Below the pieces are notes generated by a model. It was not told where the DNA came from and ran no database searches. It saw only the letters and a list, made by a program, of their open reading frames with translations. A stretch of DNA of 64,000 bases. Source: Anthoceros angustus. Taxonomy: Eukaryota; Plantae; Anthocerotophyta. The stretch is from NCBI GenBank assembly GCA_010909165.1, contig MU008209.1, positions 248,001 to 312,000 on the forward strand, read 5' to 3'. Numbering within the stretch: position 1 is the first letter of the stretch; each line of letters opens with the position of its first letter. Positions 12,247 through 25,730 of this stretch are shown one piece after another. The position numbers and the translations under genes are program-made.

Positions 12247-13775
12247 ATGCTTCGAGGCTCGGTTCCTTCTATGGCCTCCAAGCTTGGCGGCCTCAGGTTT
12301 GAGCAAGAATGTGGTGAGCTCATTCCGCCTCCTGAGGGCCTCAGCCGCCTCTTCTCCGCTGCTGACAACAGCTATCCCCGCCGCCATATTCATCTTACGA
12401 CGACCAGCGTCAGCAGCAGCAGCAGCCGCAACAGCAGCATCAGCAGCCGCAACAGCAGCAACAGCCGCAGCAGCAGCAACAGCAACAGCAGCAGCAGCCT
12501 CAGGAGCAGCAGCAGCAGCCTCCGTCTCAGCAGCAACAGCCGCAGCCTCCTCCTCAGCAGCAGCATCAGCAGCCGCAGGGATACCCGCCGCCGAATTATC
12601 CTCCGCCGAATTACTACCCGCAACAGGGATATCCTCAGCACGGGTACCCACAGCAGGGGTACCAGCAGCATGGCTACCCGCAGCAGGGTTACCAGCAGCA
12701 GGGATATCACCCGGGCTATCCTCCTCCGAACTACCCTCCTCCTCCGGGCTACCTGCCTCCCAACTATCCCCGCCGCCGCCTCCGGGCTACAACAGCCCCC
12801 TCCTCCCCTCCTCCCAGCTACGCCAACTACCCTCCTCCCCGCCTCCTCCACCCAGGCCTGCCTGCAGGCCTCCTCCGCCTCCCTCCAAGCCCGCCGAGCC
12901 CATTGATTGGCAGGCCAAGGAGTATCCTTGTCCTCCATACCCGCTTGGATACAAGCCTCCTCCTGACTGGAATGGACCCGGGTACCCTCCCCCTCCCGAA
13001 TCCCCTCCTCCTCCTCCCAGGATGGATGGTGGTCCTGGATACCCTAGAACCATCCCCAGGAGGATCTACCCCCGGAACAGGTTCAACCAGCCCCCACCGG
13101 TTCCAGTGGCTCCCAGACCCCCGCCCCCTCCTCCCCCTCCTTACACCGGGATTCCCCCTCCTGAGGAAGCGCTGAAGGGGCTGCCACCGCAATGGGAGGC
13201 TGTTATCCCCTATGGTACGCTTCTGGTGGCCTTGTTATGTCGTTTCTAACACACATTGTTGCGCTGACAAACCAATGTGCATAACGCAAATGGGTCCTGA
13301 CACTCGGTTGTTGTTTCTGATGCCCAGAGGAAATGGTGGAAAGAGATCGGCGCTGGAGGGAGTTCTTCAAGGACCCATCTCAGTGGTGGGATCATCGTAG
13401 CAGCAAGTTGAGCCACAAGGTAAGTGTTTCTTTTGCTGAACCCCTGGGCAGTGTGCCTGTATGGTTTCTCGCTTCTCCTGGTTTGCAAACTTGGAACTTG
13501 CCCTGCAAACCAGGAACTTGCCCGTCCAGGAGTAATCTTGTGCTTGTCTGGTTACGCAGAGAGACCCGAGGAAGCCTGACTTCGAGCACAAGGTGACCAA
13601 GGCGGAACTTTTCATCAACAGGTGGATCAACCCTAACTGGGTGGCAGAGGAGCTGAAGATCTTCAACGAGAAGCGTGCTGAAGAGCAGCGGCAAAGAATA
13701 GCGGCTCTGGATGCCAAGGAGGCAGCTGAGAAGGCGGAGAGGGAGAAGATGGCAGCAGCAGCAGCAGATATCTAA
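12247..13775 (+). CDS. Putative organelle-targeted Gln/Pro/Tyr/Gly-rich protein with one OSB-type PDF (ssDNA-binding) motif; 3 exons, apparent frameshifts
   Basis: Transit-like N-terminus ending RLFS, then polyQ, YPPPNY/QQGY repeats and polyPro. Exons 13328-13419 and 13560-13775 join in frame to WREFFKDPSQWWDHRSSK...RDPRKPDFEHKVTKAELFINRW. Restoring the frame needs small corrections, including +1 C at two tatcccc runs. Confidence 0.7.
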
Positions 13776-14863
13776 GGGCATCGGAGGAACACGGCATTGC
13801 GTCTCCCGGGCATCTCGTGCCCGTCAAATTTCACCCACTGTGGGTGTCTCCACTTCTCACAATCAGCTCTCACCAAACAATCTTAACCCTTGCATTTCAA
13901 GCGTTCTAGCCCTGACTGACGTAGCATCACTTGCTGACGCTCCTGCGGTGTCTAGTTTCCGGCAGACCTACCAGCTTGAGCCTTCTTCTTACGCAATGAA
14001 TTGTCGTTGTACTCGGTTTTCATCAATTTTGAACATGATATATTCCCGGCTTTCTATCCCAACGTCCCTCGTACTCAACCAGTGTGGAGTAGGTTGTGTA
14101 GATGCCTCATGCCGATATTTCTCGATGCTGACCTGGCCTGCGAATCTCTTCATAATCCACCAACAGGACCAGTTGCCCCTTGGCATCAACGCTCCCTTCT
14201 CCCTCCAAGGAGCGGGATCCCTCGAATGACTTGTCTGTGCCGCGAATTGTACGTTTTTCATTCTGGAGACGCGTTCTCTTGCCTGCTGCCTCCGCTCATC
14301 GGTCGCCATTCCAGACGCTGATCGGGAAGATGCTTTTCTCCGCATGTTGAGCTCAATGCGGGCAAGATCGTGTGGATTTTTCTCGAAGAGCGGTGCATTT
14401 TATTCCGGATTTTTGTGAACTTAGCTGCAGCTGGAGTTGCTAGACGGAGTTCCCTTATGAGAATTGCAGCGTAGCTGCGAGGCGCGGCCTCGGTTTTCCA
14501 CGCTCTTTGCGTTCAGTGGATTGTGTTGGCTCAGATCTGGAGAGGACGACGTCAGCTATGTGCGCGACGCAGCTGTACAGTCCGTCACCGGCAAGTAGGG
14601 CAATCATTCAGGCGTGCAGACCAGAAGCACAATTGCCAGGAGGATTCTGCTTGAAGAGCTTCACTGCGAATGAAATTCGTCGACAATGTCTGCACGTCCC
14701 GGTTGCCACTGGATCCGTGAAGTGCAACTCGTCTCTCAGAATCCGGACCAAGGAGGTGACGTCGGTCCATAGTTTCCTGCAATGTTGCCAAATTGTGGAC
14801 TCCAGAGATGCACATCGACTTGTTCAATGACTGACAACACCGCTGTGCTTGGCGCTGTGTTAG

Positions 14864-17800
14864 ATGCCGGCGGTGCTTTCCTTCAACACTCCATCCCCTT
14901 GGCAAGTGTCCGGGATAGTGAACAAGAGTGCTTGCTCGTGCCTGCTGTCGTGGATGTCCTTCAAGTTTGGGATAAGTCCACCATTTTGGAGCATGAGGGC
15001 TGAAAGAAGAGCTGCCAAGTCCAGGAAAGCAGAGAATAAACTGCCGGAGGAACTCAATGTCCGTGCTGAATTTCCCTCTCCTGGCGCGCAGGAGGAGTCT
15101 GTGAAAGATACTCAAGGTGAGCTTCAGAGCTTGCTCTGTGACCACCTGCTACACGTTGATTCCTTTGCTTCGCAATTAGCCTTCTGTTTCTGTCCCGCAT
15201 CAGTGGAATCATTTTCTTCTGACTAGGTTATGTCGTGCAGATGCACTCAGAAAAACAGAAACAACCACGGATCTACAAGCGGAAGCAACACGTGTGGTCA
15301 ACAAGACTGAAGAGATTCAACCAGATTCCAATGGCTGGATTCCGGAAGGTGCAGACAAGACGAAGTCTTCATTGAGTATCACAATTTTGGGGGCAACTGG
15401 GGACTTGGCCAGAAACAAAATTTTCCCTGCGTTGTTTGCCTTGTTCAACAGTGGTTACCTGCCTGAGGTAACGCCACGTCCTGATGAACCTACAGAAATC
15501 TTGTCAGAAACTACCTCCGTTTGGATTTTGGGCAGGCCGCCTCTCAAGCTACCTTTTTCTCATCTGGTGGTTGATCACTTAGAATGTCGGGATTTTTGGA
15601 TTCTCAAGAAGCAAGATGTCTGATGAGGAATTCAGGAGTCTCATTAGCCAGAAGCTAACCTGCAGAATAGACCAACGGTATGTAATTTGTCTTTGCTTGA
15701 CTTTGTTCTGCTGACATGAGGCTTCAACGTGGACACCATTACCTTGCTACCTTACGCTTACTAGCCCATTGCCTTTTGAAGGGAAGACTGTGGGGAAAAG
15801 ATCGCCAAGTTCTTGCAAATGGTACAGTATGTACGTGGCGTGTATGGAGCCTGTGACGCAATGGCAGGGCTCGTGAACAAAATGAAGCAATTGGAGGTGA
15901 TCTTTCCATCACTTTGCATGATGTCGAACTGCTCTAGCATGCGGTCAACTCCTGCTCTGTTGTTGACCAAAGAACTTTCTTCTCATCTTGACAGGGGAAT
16001 GGCATAGGAAACCGCATTTTCTACCTCTCTGTTCCATACGAAAATGTTCCTGAGGTAGCACGGTGCGTTAGTGCCAACGGGCAGTACAGGCTGGACTAGG
16101 GTTATTTTGGAAAAGCCATTTGGACACGATGTAGAGTCATCAGCAAGGATCACAGAAGCCCTACTTTCTGGTCTTACTGAGGAGCAGATTTACAGGTCTG
16201 TGACTATTCATGTTTCTACTTGAATGTGGGTCCACGAGTTGAGCTGGATTCTTCACTGCTATTTGCCATTATGGCAGGATTGATCAGCACCTGGGGAAGG
16301 AGTTAATGGAGAACCTGACTGTATTGCGCTTCTCCAACCTTGTGTTTGAACCTCTTTGGAGCAGGACATACATTCGGAATGTGCAAGTAAGATCACTTCT
16401 CAGCCAAATTTTAAGGCTTAATAGCAGCTCTGGATATTCACCAAGATGTGAATCTGCAGGTAATCTTGTCGGAAGATTGGGGAGTTGAAGGAAGGTTTGT
16501 TCTCAGATCCGCACAACGCTAAGATGTACATTGTTTTCAGATGCAAATTCATTTCAAAGTCGTGCCTCAACTGTTTGCCAACTTCGATAGATATGACCTG
16601 GAGGTATCGTTATTACTCTATTCAGGTACTTCAATGAGCATGGTATTATTCGTGATATTGTCCAAAGCAATGTCTGCAAACAATTGCTTTATTCGCAATG
16701 GAGCCTCCTGTCAGTCTTGATGGTGAGGACGTCCGCAATGAGAAGGCAAGAGTGCCCAAGGACGTTTCCCTTGATTTCGTTCTCTTTGCATGATGTCGAA
16801 CTGCTCTAGCATGCGGTCAACTCCTGCTCTGTTGTTGACCAAAGAACTTTCTTCTCATCTTGACAGGGGAATGGCATAGGAAACCGCATTTTCTACCTCT
16901 CTGTTCCATACGAAAATGTTCCTGAGGTAGCACGGTGCGTTAGTGCCAACGGGCAAAGCAGTACAGGCTGGACTAGGGTTATTTTGGAAAAGCCATTTGG
17001 ACACGATGTAGAGTCATCAGCAAGGATCACAGAAGCCCTACTTTCTGGTCTTACTGAGGAGCAGATTTACAGGTCTGTGACTATTCATGTTTCTACTTGA
17101 ATGTGGGTCCACGAGTTGAGCTGGATTCTTCACTGCTATTTGCCATTATGGCAGGATTGATCAGCACCTGGGGAAGGAGTTAATGGAGAACCTGACTGTA
17201 TTGCGCTTCTCCAACCTTGTGTTTGAACCTCTTTGGAGCAGGACATACATTCGGAATGTGCAAGTAAGATCACTTCTCAGCCAAATTTTAAGGCTTAATA
17301 GCAGCTCTGGATATTCACCAAGATGTGAACTGCAGGTAATCTTGTCGGAAGACTGGGGAGTTGAAGGAAGAGGAAGGTTTGTTCTCAGATCCGCACAACG
17401 CTAAGATGTACATTGTTTTCAGATGCAAATTCATTTCAAGTCGTGCCTCAACTGTTTGCCAACTTCGATAGATATGACCTGGAGGTATCGTTATTACTCT
17501 ATTCAGGTACTTCAATGAGCATGGTATTATTCGTGATATTGTCCAAAGCAATGTCTGCAAACAATTGCTTTATTCGCAATGGAGCCTCCTGTCAGTCTTG
17601 ATGGTGAGGACGTCCGCAATGAGAAGGCAAGAGTGCCCAAGCCGGACGTTTCCCTTGATTTCGTTCTCTTTATATGCTCGCAAAGCTGAAAGGCTACTAA
17701 CATGTATGCTTTGTTACAGGTCAAGGTGCTAAGGTCCATGAGAAAACCTACCTTAAATGATGTCGTGCTTGGTCAATACAAGGCAAGTGTTTCCAAAGAT

Positions 17801-20115
17801 GGGAAATCGAAGATTCCAGGATACCTCGATGAGCAAGATGTGCCACCGAACAGTTTGACACCCACATTTGTGGCTGGTGTATTTTACATCGACAATGCTC
17901 GCTGGGATGGAGTTCCTTTTCTAATCAAGGCTGGCATCAGGTTAATCAAACACAAGTTAAACATTGTGGACTCTCGCCATCTTTGAAAAGTTCGCGATTT
18001 GCAGATAATCATGATTCAACTGATGTACCTTGTTGGCTTCTGAAGGGTGGAGATTCGTATACAGTTTCGACATGTTCCTGGCAACCTCTACAGGGAGCGA
18101 TTTGGCTCCAACTTGGATCTGGCAACAAATGAGCTCATCATCCGCATTCAACCAGATGAAGCAGTCTTCTTGAGGGTCAACAACAAGGTGCCCGGCCTGG
18201 GGCTGCAACTGGACTCACAAGAGCTGAATCTGTTCTACAAGGACATGTATGTCCTGGAACTCCTTGTGCTTTCTGTTTTGCTCCCTTTACGCACATGTTC
18301 CAACCTTCTGAGGTGCACCGTGCAGATACGCGGCTGAGGAGATCCCCGATTCGTATGAACGCCTGATCTTGGACGTCATTGACGGTGATAACCACCTTTT
18401 CATCAGGGGTGACGAGTGTCAAGCAGCTTGGGAACTCTTGGCTCCCGTCCTGTCTGAGATTGAAGAACAAGGTATCCCTGAGCTGTACTCAGGCAGAGGC
18501 CCCATCGGAGCGTACTATCTTGGTGCGAAGCACGGTGTTCGGTTGGGCTGATGACTGAGCATCGGCTGGGATCACAGAAGCCCTACTTTCTGGTCTTACT
18601 GAGGAGCAGATTTACAGGTCTGTGACTATTCATGTTTCTACTTGAATGTGGGTCCACGAGTTGAGCTGGATTCTTCACTGCTATTTGCCATTATGGGATT
18701 GATCAGCACCTGGGGAAGGAGTTAATGGAGAACCTGACTGTATTGCGCTTCTCCAACCTTGTGTTTGAACCTCTTTGGAGCAGGACATACATTCGGAATG
18801 TGCAAGTAAGATCACTTCTCAGCCAAATTTTAAGGCTTAATAGCAGCTCTGGATATTCACCAAGATGTGAACTGCAGGTAATCTTGTCGGAAGACTGGGG
18901 AGTTGAAGGAAGAGGAAGGTTTGTTCTCAGATCCGCACAACGCTAAGATGTACATTGTTTTCAGATGCAAATTCATTTCAAAGTCGTGCCTCAACTGTTT
19001 GCCAACTTCGATAGATATGACCTGGAGGTATCGTTATTACTCTATTCAGGTACTTCAATGAGCATGGTATTATTCGTGATATTGTCCAAAGCAATGTCTT
19101 GCAAACAATTGCTTTATTCGCAATGGAGCCTCCTGTCAGTCTTGATGGTGAGGACGTCCGCAATGAGAAGGCAAGAGTGCCCAAGCCGGACGTTTCCCTT
19201 GATTTCGTTCTCTTTATATGCTCGCAAAGCTGAAAGGCTACTAACATGTATGCTTTGTTACAGGTCAAGGTGCTAAGGTCCATGAGAAAACCTACCTTAA
19301 ATGATGTCGTGCTTGGTCAATACAAGGCAAGTGTTTCCAAAGATGGGAAATCGAAGATTCCAGGATACCTCGATGAGCAAGATGTGCCACCGAACAGTTT
19401 GACACCCACATTTGTGGCTGGTGTATTTTACATCGACAATGCTCGCTGGGATGGAGTTCCTTTTCTAATCAAGGCTGGCATCGGGTTAATCAAACACAAG
19501 TAAGCAACATTGTGGACTCCTCGCCATCTTTGAAAAGTTCGCGATTTGCAGATAATCATGATTCAACTGATGTACCTTGTTGGCTTCTGAAGGGTGGAGA
19601 TTCGTATACAGTTTCGACATGTTCCTGGCAACCTCTACAGGGAGCGATTTGGCTCCAACTTGGATCTGGCAACAAATGAGCTCATCATCCGCATTCAACC
19701 AGATGAAGCAGTCTTCTTGAGGGTCAACAACAAGGTGCCCGGCCTGGGGCTGCAACTGGACTCACAAGAGCTGAATCTGTTCTACAAGGACATGTATGTC
19801 CTGGAACTCCTTATTAACTTTCTGTTTTGCTCCCTTTACGCACATGTTCCAACCTTCTGAGGTGCACCGTGCAGATACGCGGCTGAGGAGATCCCCGATT
19901 CGTATGAACGCCTGATCTTGGACGTCATTGACGGTGATAACCACCTTTTCATCAGGGGTGACGAGTGTCAAGCAGCTTGGGAACTCTTGGCTCCCGTCCT
20001 GTCTGAGATTGAAGAACACAAGGTATCCCCTGAGCTGTACTCCTTCGGTGGCAGAGGCCCCATCGGAGCGTACTATCTTGGTGCGAAGCACGGTGTTCGT
20101 TGGGCTGATGACTGA
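14864..20115 (+). CDS. G6PD4: Plastid-type glucose-6-phosphate dehydrogenase, G6PD4/P0-like; internal exons duplicated in this assembly
   Basis: [63 protein letters not shown] and a C-terminal [16 protein letters not shown] typical of the G6PD4 clade. Confidence 0.88.
15912..17667. repeat. Tandem duplication C: 15912-16783 and 16784-17667
   Basis: Junction at cttt; duplicates G6PD middle exons. Confidence 0.9.
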
Positions 20116-20124
20116 CATCGGCTG
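17024..20124. repeat. Tandem duplication D: 17024-18568 and 18569-20124
   Basis: The G6PD 3' end (..GCTGATGACTGA) appears twice; junction at gg. Confidence 0.9.
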
Positions 20125-20300
20125 GGCTCGTACTAGAAGCAGCTGTCCACCTACCCCTTGGTCTGGAGACAGTGCACAAGTCCTGAGACCATCTGTAGTG
20201 CTGTCAATCATGGTCCTTCCAAAGATGGGGAACGACAGACGCTGTAGAACGGACAATCGGACGGATACATACATGCCGCTGCGACTAGCTAGCCACGTTT

Positions 20301-20410
20301 GTTGTTGTTGTTCACATGAACCAGCAGTTGTTCACACGAACCAGCAGTTGTTCACACGAACCAGCAGTTGTTCACACGAACCAGCAATTGTTCACACGAA
20401 CCAGTAGTTG
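20301..20410. repeat. 20-bp minisatellite, ~5 copies
   Basis: gaaccagcagttgttcacac repeated between G6PD and PEX22. Confidence 0.92.
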
Positions 20411-20942
20411 TCACCCACAAATCTCCAAGGTCTCACCAAGGATGAATTCAGAGCAAAAAGTCAATGGATCGCCACAAAAATTAGCCACCCCTATTACGAG
20501 GTGGCCAGAGGAAATAACCAAATAACCTTCTAACAACCTACCGTCACCAACACCAACTCTGGGAATACCAGGCAATACATACAGAGGTTCTATGGATATG
20601 GGGGAGCCCTGATCCAAGGGTGTACATGATACATACTGCAAAATGCTTGTGCGAGCTCTCCAGTGGGGAAGCAGTGAGAGCTAGTCCACTGGCCATGGTG
20701 CCTTACTGTGGATCATGATCATACAACATTTGGTGAAGCTGAATCCCTGAATGCTAACATCAACAGCTCATGGTTCCAAAGGTCTCCATTTTCACAGCAC
20801 GTACTTGGACATCTCCCCAGAGGTCGCCAATGCGCAGAATCATGCATGTCATCAATAGCCGGCTTGCTGGATCGCTTCAACAATGTAGTCAAGCAGGGGG
20901 ACCACCTCCACAGGTAATTTAGTAGTCAGTAGTGTACAGGCC

Positions 20943-21825
20943 TTACTCACTGGAAGGGGACAATCCAAAATACAGCTCCAAGGACTCCGCTGCAATGACG
21001 TTGCTGGCAATTGATGCAGCACCTGGGGCTGTAATGTGAAGCGAATGCCGGATAAAGCGCTGGAAACAACACGCACACAAGTGTCACACAAAAACAGCGA
21101 AACCCTGAAGGTGGAAGGACTAATAAGATGGCCTGATCTGACAGCCACGTACAGCGAGTTGAGAGATGGTTGTAGCAGATGTATCTACATGCCAGTCGGG
21201 TTCCAGTTGGCGTACAAACGACGTCCTCCCCGACTCAGAGCTACAGAACAACACCTGATGGCGAATTCAAGGCCGCCCATGTGAAAAAGGTGTCCGAGTG
21301 CAAGAGAGCATCCGTTTGAAGGAATCTCAAACGACGACAAAAAAGAGACGATAGGCACATGCTGCCACAGTAATACACAAAAAGGATGCATACCTTATTA
21401 CGGTTCACAGAGCCCACAGAAAACAACCCCACAGCATCGAGTGCAGCCAGCACTGCCGCCTGTTGAACACATCAAAACGATACAAGGACGTCAGGTACCA
21501 ACGAAAAATCAACTGCTGGCAAGGCGAGCCGGCTACGTTGACGGAAAACATCACATGCACCATAATCATCTACTTCACGAAGAAAACCAAGACTCACCTC
21601 ACTCCTCATCGTCCAGAACCCTTGCTATGAGATACAAATCACAAACCTGAGATATCTCCAGAAGTACTTCCACAACAGCAGGTTTCACAATAGCATGCTT
21701 CTGCATGCATAGAACAGAGCTCATAGTCAACAACCACGTAAAACACTGGGGTTCGTCCGCACATCTCATCAAAGGCAAAACATCGAAGTACCTGGAGCTC
21801 TTCAGTGCTTTCCTCCAAAACGACA
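20943..21825 (-). pseudogene. Duplicated 3' half of PEX22 (duplication E: 20786-21825 / 21826-22861)
   Basis: Same exons as 21976-22861 with small indels; junction at cca. Confidence 0.8.
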
Positions 21826-21975
21826 CCATTTTCACAGCACGTACTTGGACATCTCCCCAGAGGTCGCCAATGCGCAGAATGCATGTCATCAATAGCCGGC
21901 TGGATCGCTTCAACAATGTAGTCAAGCAGGGGGACCACCTCCACAGGTAATTTAGTAGTCAGTAGTGTACAGGCC

Positions 21976-23634
21976 TTACTCACTGGAAGGGGACAATCCA
22001 AAATACAGCTCCAAGGACTCCGCTGCAATGACGTTGCTGGCAATTGATGCAGCACCTGGGGCTGTAATGTGAAGCGAATGCCGGATAAAGCGCTGGAAAC
22101 AACACGCACACAAGTGTCACACAAAAACAGCGAAACCCTGAAGGTGGAAGGACTAATAAGATGGCCTGATCTGACAGCCACGTACAGCGAGTTGAGAGAT
22201 GGTTGTAGCAGATGTATCTACATGCCAGTCGGGTTCCAGTTGGCGTACAAACGACGTCCTCCCCGACTCAGAGCTACAGAACAACACCTGATGGCGAATT
22301 CAAGGCCGCCCATGTGAAAAAGGTGTCCGAGTGCAAGAGAGCATCCGTTTGAAGGAATCTCAAACGACGACAAAAAAGAGACGATAGGCACATGCTGCCA
22401 CAGTAATACACAAAAAGGATGCATACCTTATTACGGTTCACAGAGCCCACAGAAAACAACCCCACAGCATCGAGTGCAGCCAGCACTGCCGCCTGTTGAA
22501 CACATCAAAACGATACAAGGACGTCAGGTACCAACGAAAAATCAACTGCTGGCAAGGCGAGCCGGCTACGTTGACGGAAAACATCACATGCACCATAATC
22601 ATCTACTTCACGAAGAAAAACCAAGACTCACCTCACTCTCATCGTCCAGAACCCTTGCTATGAGATACAAATCACAAACCCGAGATATCTCCAGAAGTAC
22701 TTCCACAACAGCAGGCCTCACAATAGCATGCTTCTGCATGCATAGAACAGAGCTCATAGTCAACAACCACGTAAAACACTGGGGTTCGTCCGCACATCTC
22801 ATCAAAGGCAAAACATCGAAGTACCTGGAGCTCTTCTGAAGTGCTTTCCTCCAAAACGACACCAATCAGCTGCACCGTCATCTGAACAACAAAAATGTCA
22901 CCGTCTGCCAGTGTTCAGCACTTCACAAAAAAAAGACTCCCTTTCCTACGCAGCAAACGTACCTTCCGAGCGCCATCCAACCGCGTCCTCACTATTTGGC
23001 TCAAAGTAAGCTGCCAGGCGGAAAGCGTCAGAAGTCACGAAACATGCAGACCAGAAAGATCAAGCCAGAAACTTGCACTGAAGGTAGAACCTGAGCTGGA
23101 ACTGAAGGCTCCCGAATAACAACGCCACGCTGAACAGCATGCGTGATAGATCCCGCAGCGGCAGTAGACGTGCCGCTAGCACTGCCATCCCCTGCTCCCT
23201 GCACCCCCTCTCGCGAGGTGGACGGAGCCTCCCGCTTGTCGAATCTCCGCCGTCGGTTGCTCGGACTCCTAAGTAGTTTCCAGGTGCACACCAACGCAAT
23301 GGCAAATCCCGCAACAGCTCCTATCGAGCTCACATTCTGCGGCAACCACAGGATTCCGGTCACTGCCGTTCCACACATTTAAACCTAAAACCTCTGTGCA
23401 TGCGAACTTGCATGTCATTCAGACATTCCTGAATCCCGTCTCTCAGCACAGCGCAGAGCACATCCGAATTCGCCTCATCCGACCTGGCCGTCACATATGA
23501 GGTGCAGAAATTACAAGGGAGCAACTCACCTTGTAGCGGAACAGAAAAGCAATGACATGCGACAACTTGAGCGTCAGAGAGGCACTGAATCCCCGTATTA
23601 GCTGCACAAGTTCTTCAGCGATGGAATCGCCCAT
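21976..23634 (-). CDS. PEX22: Peroxisome biogenesis protein 22 (multi-exon)
   Basis: MGDSIAEELVQLIRGFS...|NVSSIGAVAGFAIALVCTW (TM segment), VLLEISRVCDLYLIARVLDDESE, GRTSFVRQLEPDWHVD, and last exon RFIRHSLHI...LELYFGLSPSSE*. Confidence 0.9.
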
Positions 23635-24427
23635 AGTCTCTTTCGGCATTCAGTCTCGTTCGGGGCCGGTGAGGATCGAGGAAAGAGGAAGAGAATTTGA
23701 GTGTTCTTGGCCAGGGTTTGGCGGATGTTCTTTTCGGTCCGACTGTCCTGCAAATTCACGGACCCAACCTGCTGAATGGTGCACCCAACTCTTACTCGCA
23801 TCTGCCAATCGCTCGTTTAGGGCTCTTTTCTTAAGCAAGGCTTCCCTGGGATAATAACACACGTGCTCCTCCACAATACAATACAATGTAGGCCACATAT
23901 AGACCACAGCCAACTTAATCCAATCGCTGCTAATCGCCCCACAAACTTTCTCGTTTAGAGAACAGCTGCGCTTTTAGCCCTCTTGATATCCCACAAACTC
24001 TCTTATTTAGAGAACAGCCCACCACTTGACAACATATAGTAGAAAATAGACGACTGTTGGAATTTTTTAATATTATATATGATGGCTTCTCATCTTGGAG
24101 ATGTGTCGACGCATCCTCAATAACAACTTTGGTTTTTCCACCTTCCTCGGCCGAAAATGAATATGAACATCGTCTCAAAGGGCACGGATGCGCCGGTGTA
24201 ACGGTGCTTCCGCATCCTGATTGTGTGTACATCATAGAAACATTCACACGCTCTAATATATCGGCAAACTGGCGCATCCATGCCTTGATTGTGTGCATGT
24301 GATAGCACCAACTTTTAATGCCCCCTGCTAATTTTTTTGATAGCTGGAATGTGATAACTTTTAGGAGCAAAAGCAGCCCTGAAGGCCGCATGGTCATCAG
24401 TAAAATAATCAAGTTCGGGTCAAATAG

Positions 24428-25730
24428 TGTCACCGGTGAGCGGGCGAGAACGTGTCAGCTTGAAGCGTGGACGTTGCGGTGGTCAGAGACTCAACTGGAG
24501 CAAATTACGCAAGTAACGGACCAGCCTCGACTAACGGTGGAGGCCAATCCGAACCCCGCTGTCAATGGAAGTCGAGGAAGATCCCGGGCGTGCGACATCA
24601 ACCTTCGCAGTTCGGGGGGAACCTAATTTGGGACAGTCGTCCGAAGCCACCGAAGGGAGGGTCAAGAATAGTTCAGTGGGGCGACTCTTCGATGTTGGGT
24701 AGAGGCACCAGGCCACTAGCAAAGGGGGGCTAGCCGCGGTCCGCGCCCCAGTCGGCGAAGGTAAGCACGTGTGGAGGATCCGGTATCCCCCCACGCTTGG
24801 TAGCAATAATTAGGTTAGGTAGCTGGCAGTAGGTAGCTGACAAGGCCAGCTAGGGTGTGTAATGAAGGCAACCTCAGAGCTGTATAAGAGGGAGGTTGCC
24901 GCCCTTGTAATGCGATTCTTTTTTTAACATGATTCCGCATTTGCAGCTGGACTCCGCTCCGCCGGGTGTGAATATGTTGCCCAAGTCACCGAACGGGTGG
25001 ACTGTCTTGGGAAAGGAAATCCTAGCTCTAGTGACGAGCCTGCTAACGCGTGGTGGTGAGTGCAAGTGCTGAAGGACTCCAGCCTCGACTTCACGCAAGC
25101 ATTGTGGTGGAGTTGAGCATGCCGAAGTGGTAGCCGAAACGAGGGCAGTGGAGCTGAGGAATGATCAACCCCAACCCTGCTCTGCATGGACGTGGCCACG
25201 GAGGACTTGCGGAAGCTACACCTCTCTCGAAGCGTGAAGCAACACATTGAACAGACCTCCCAACGGAGGAAGAGAGAGATTGAGCAGAGGAGAAGCGGCG
25301 TTGAGAGAAGTGAGCATGGAGAGGTTAGCGTCTGCTAGCCGGAGGACGCGAACGAGTCCTTAAACGTATGGTAACACCAGGCCTCAGGTGGTAGCGTATG
25401 TGAGGATATCCTGTAGAGCCTGAGAAGAAAGAGAATGTGCGGAGTAGCCTGGGGTGAATTGTAAATCCAGGTCAAAATGAGTCCTTAAGCATGGACTCTA
25501 ACGGGAAGGTGGTGGCCTTGTTTGGGTGGTCCAGTTCGTTTATCGGAGCCTCGAGAGCTTCCTTAGACGCGAGTTTGAAAGGGCAGGTTTAGGCCCTACT
25601 GCCCTGGAGTCCGAGGTAGGACCGTTAGCGATGGGGTTTAACTTGTGGAGATTTTACCCAAAGTAGCTAGAAGTAATAAGCTGGAGCCATAGGCACGAAT
25701 CATTCTCTCGGGATCGAACCAACGACTACA
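24428..25730. mobile_element. Possible solo-LTR-like repeat (copy 1)
   Basis: Begins TGTCACC, ends ACTACA, contains an internal TATAA flanked by a 9-bp inverted repeat, no long ORF. No target-site duplication found. Confidence 0.3.

Larger units (their letters stand above)
10241..12544. repeat. Tandem duplication B: 10241-11394 and 11395-12544 (~1.15 kb)
   Basis: Junction at the 8-bp microhomology gcctcctc (10241, 11395, 12545). Confidence 0.95.

Noticed and set aside
12140-12938. Poly-Ala and poly-Ser ORFs from the track
   Set aside because: Alternative frames of the CAG-rich exon; the Gln/Pro/Tyr frame links the presequence to the PDF exons.
13800-14345. Possible small minus-strand gene (ORF 13989-14345 and nearby splice-like sites)
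   Set aside because: No recognisable family, and no consistent frame could be built. Unresolved rather than disproved.
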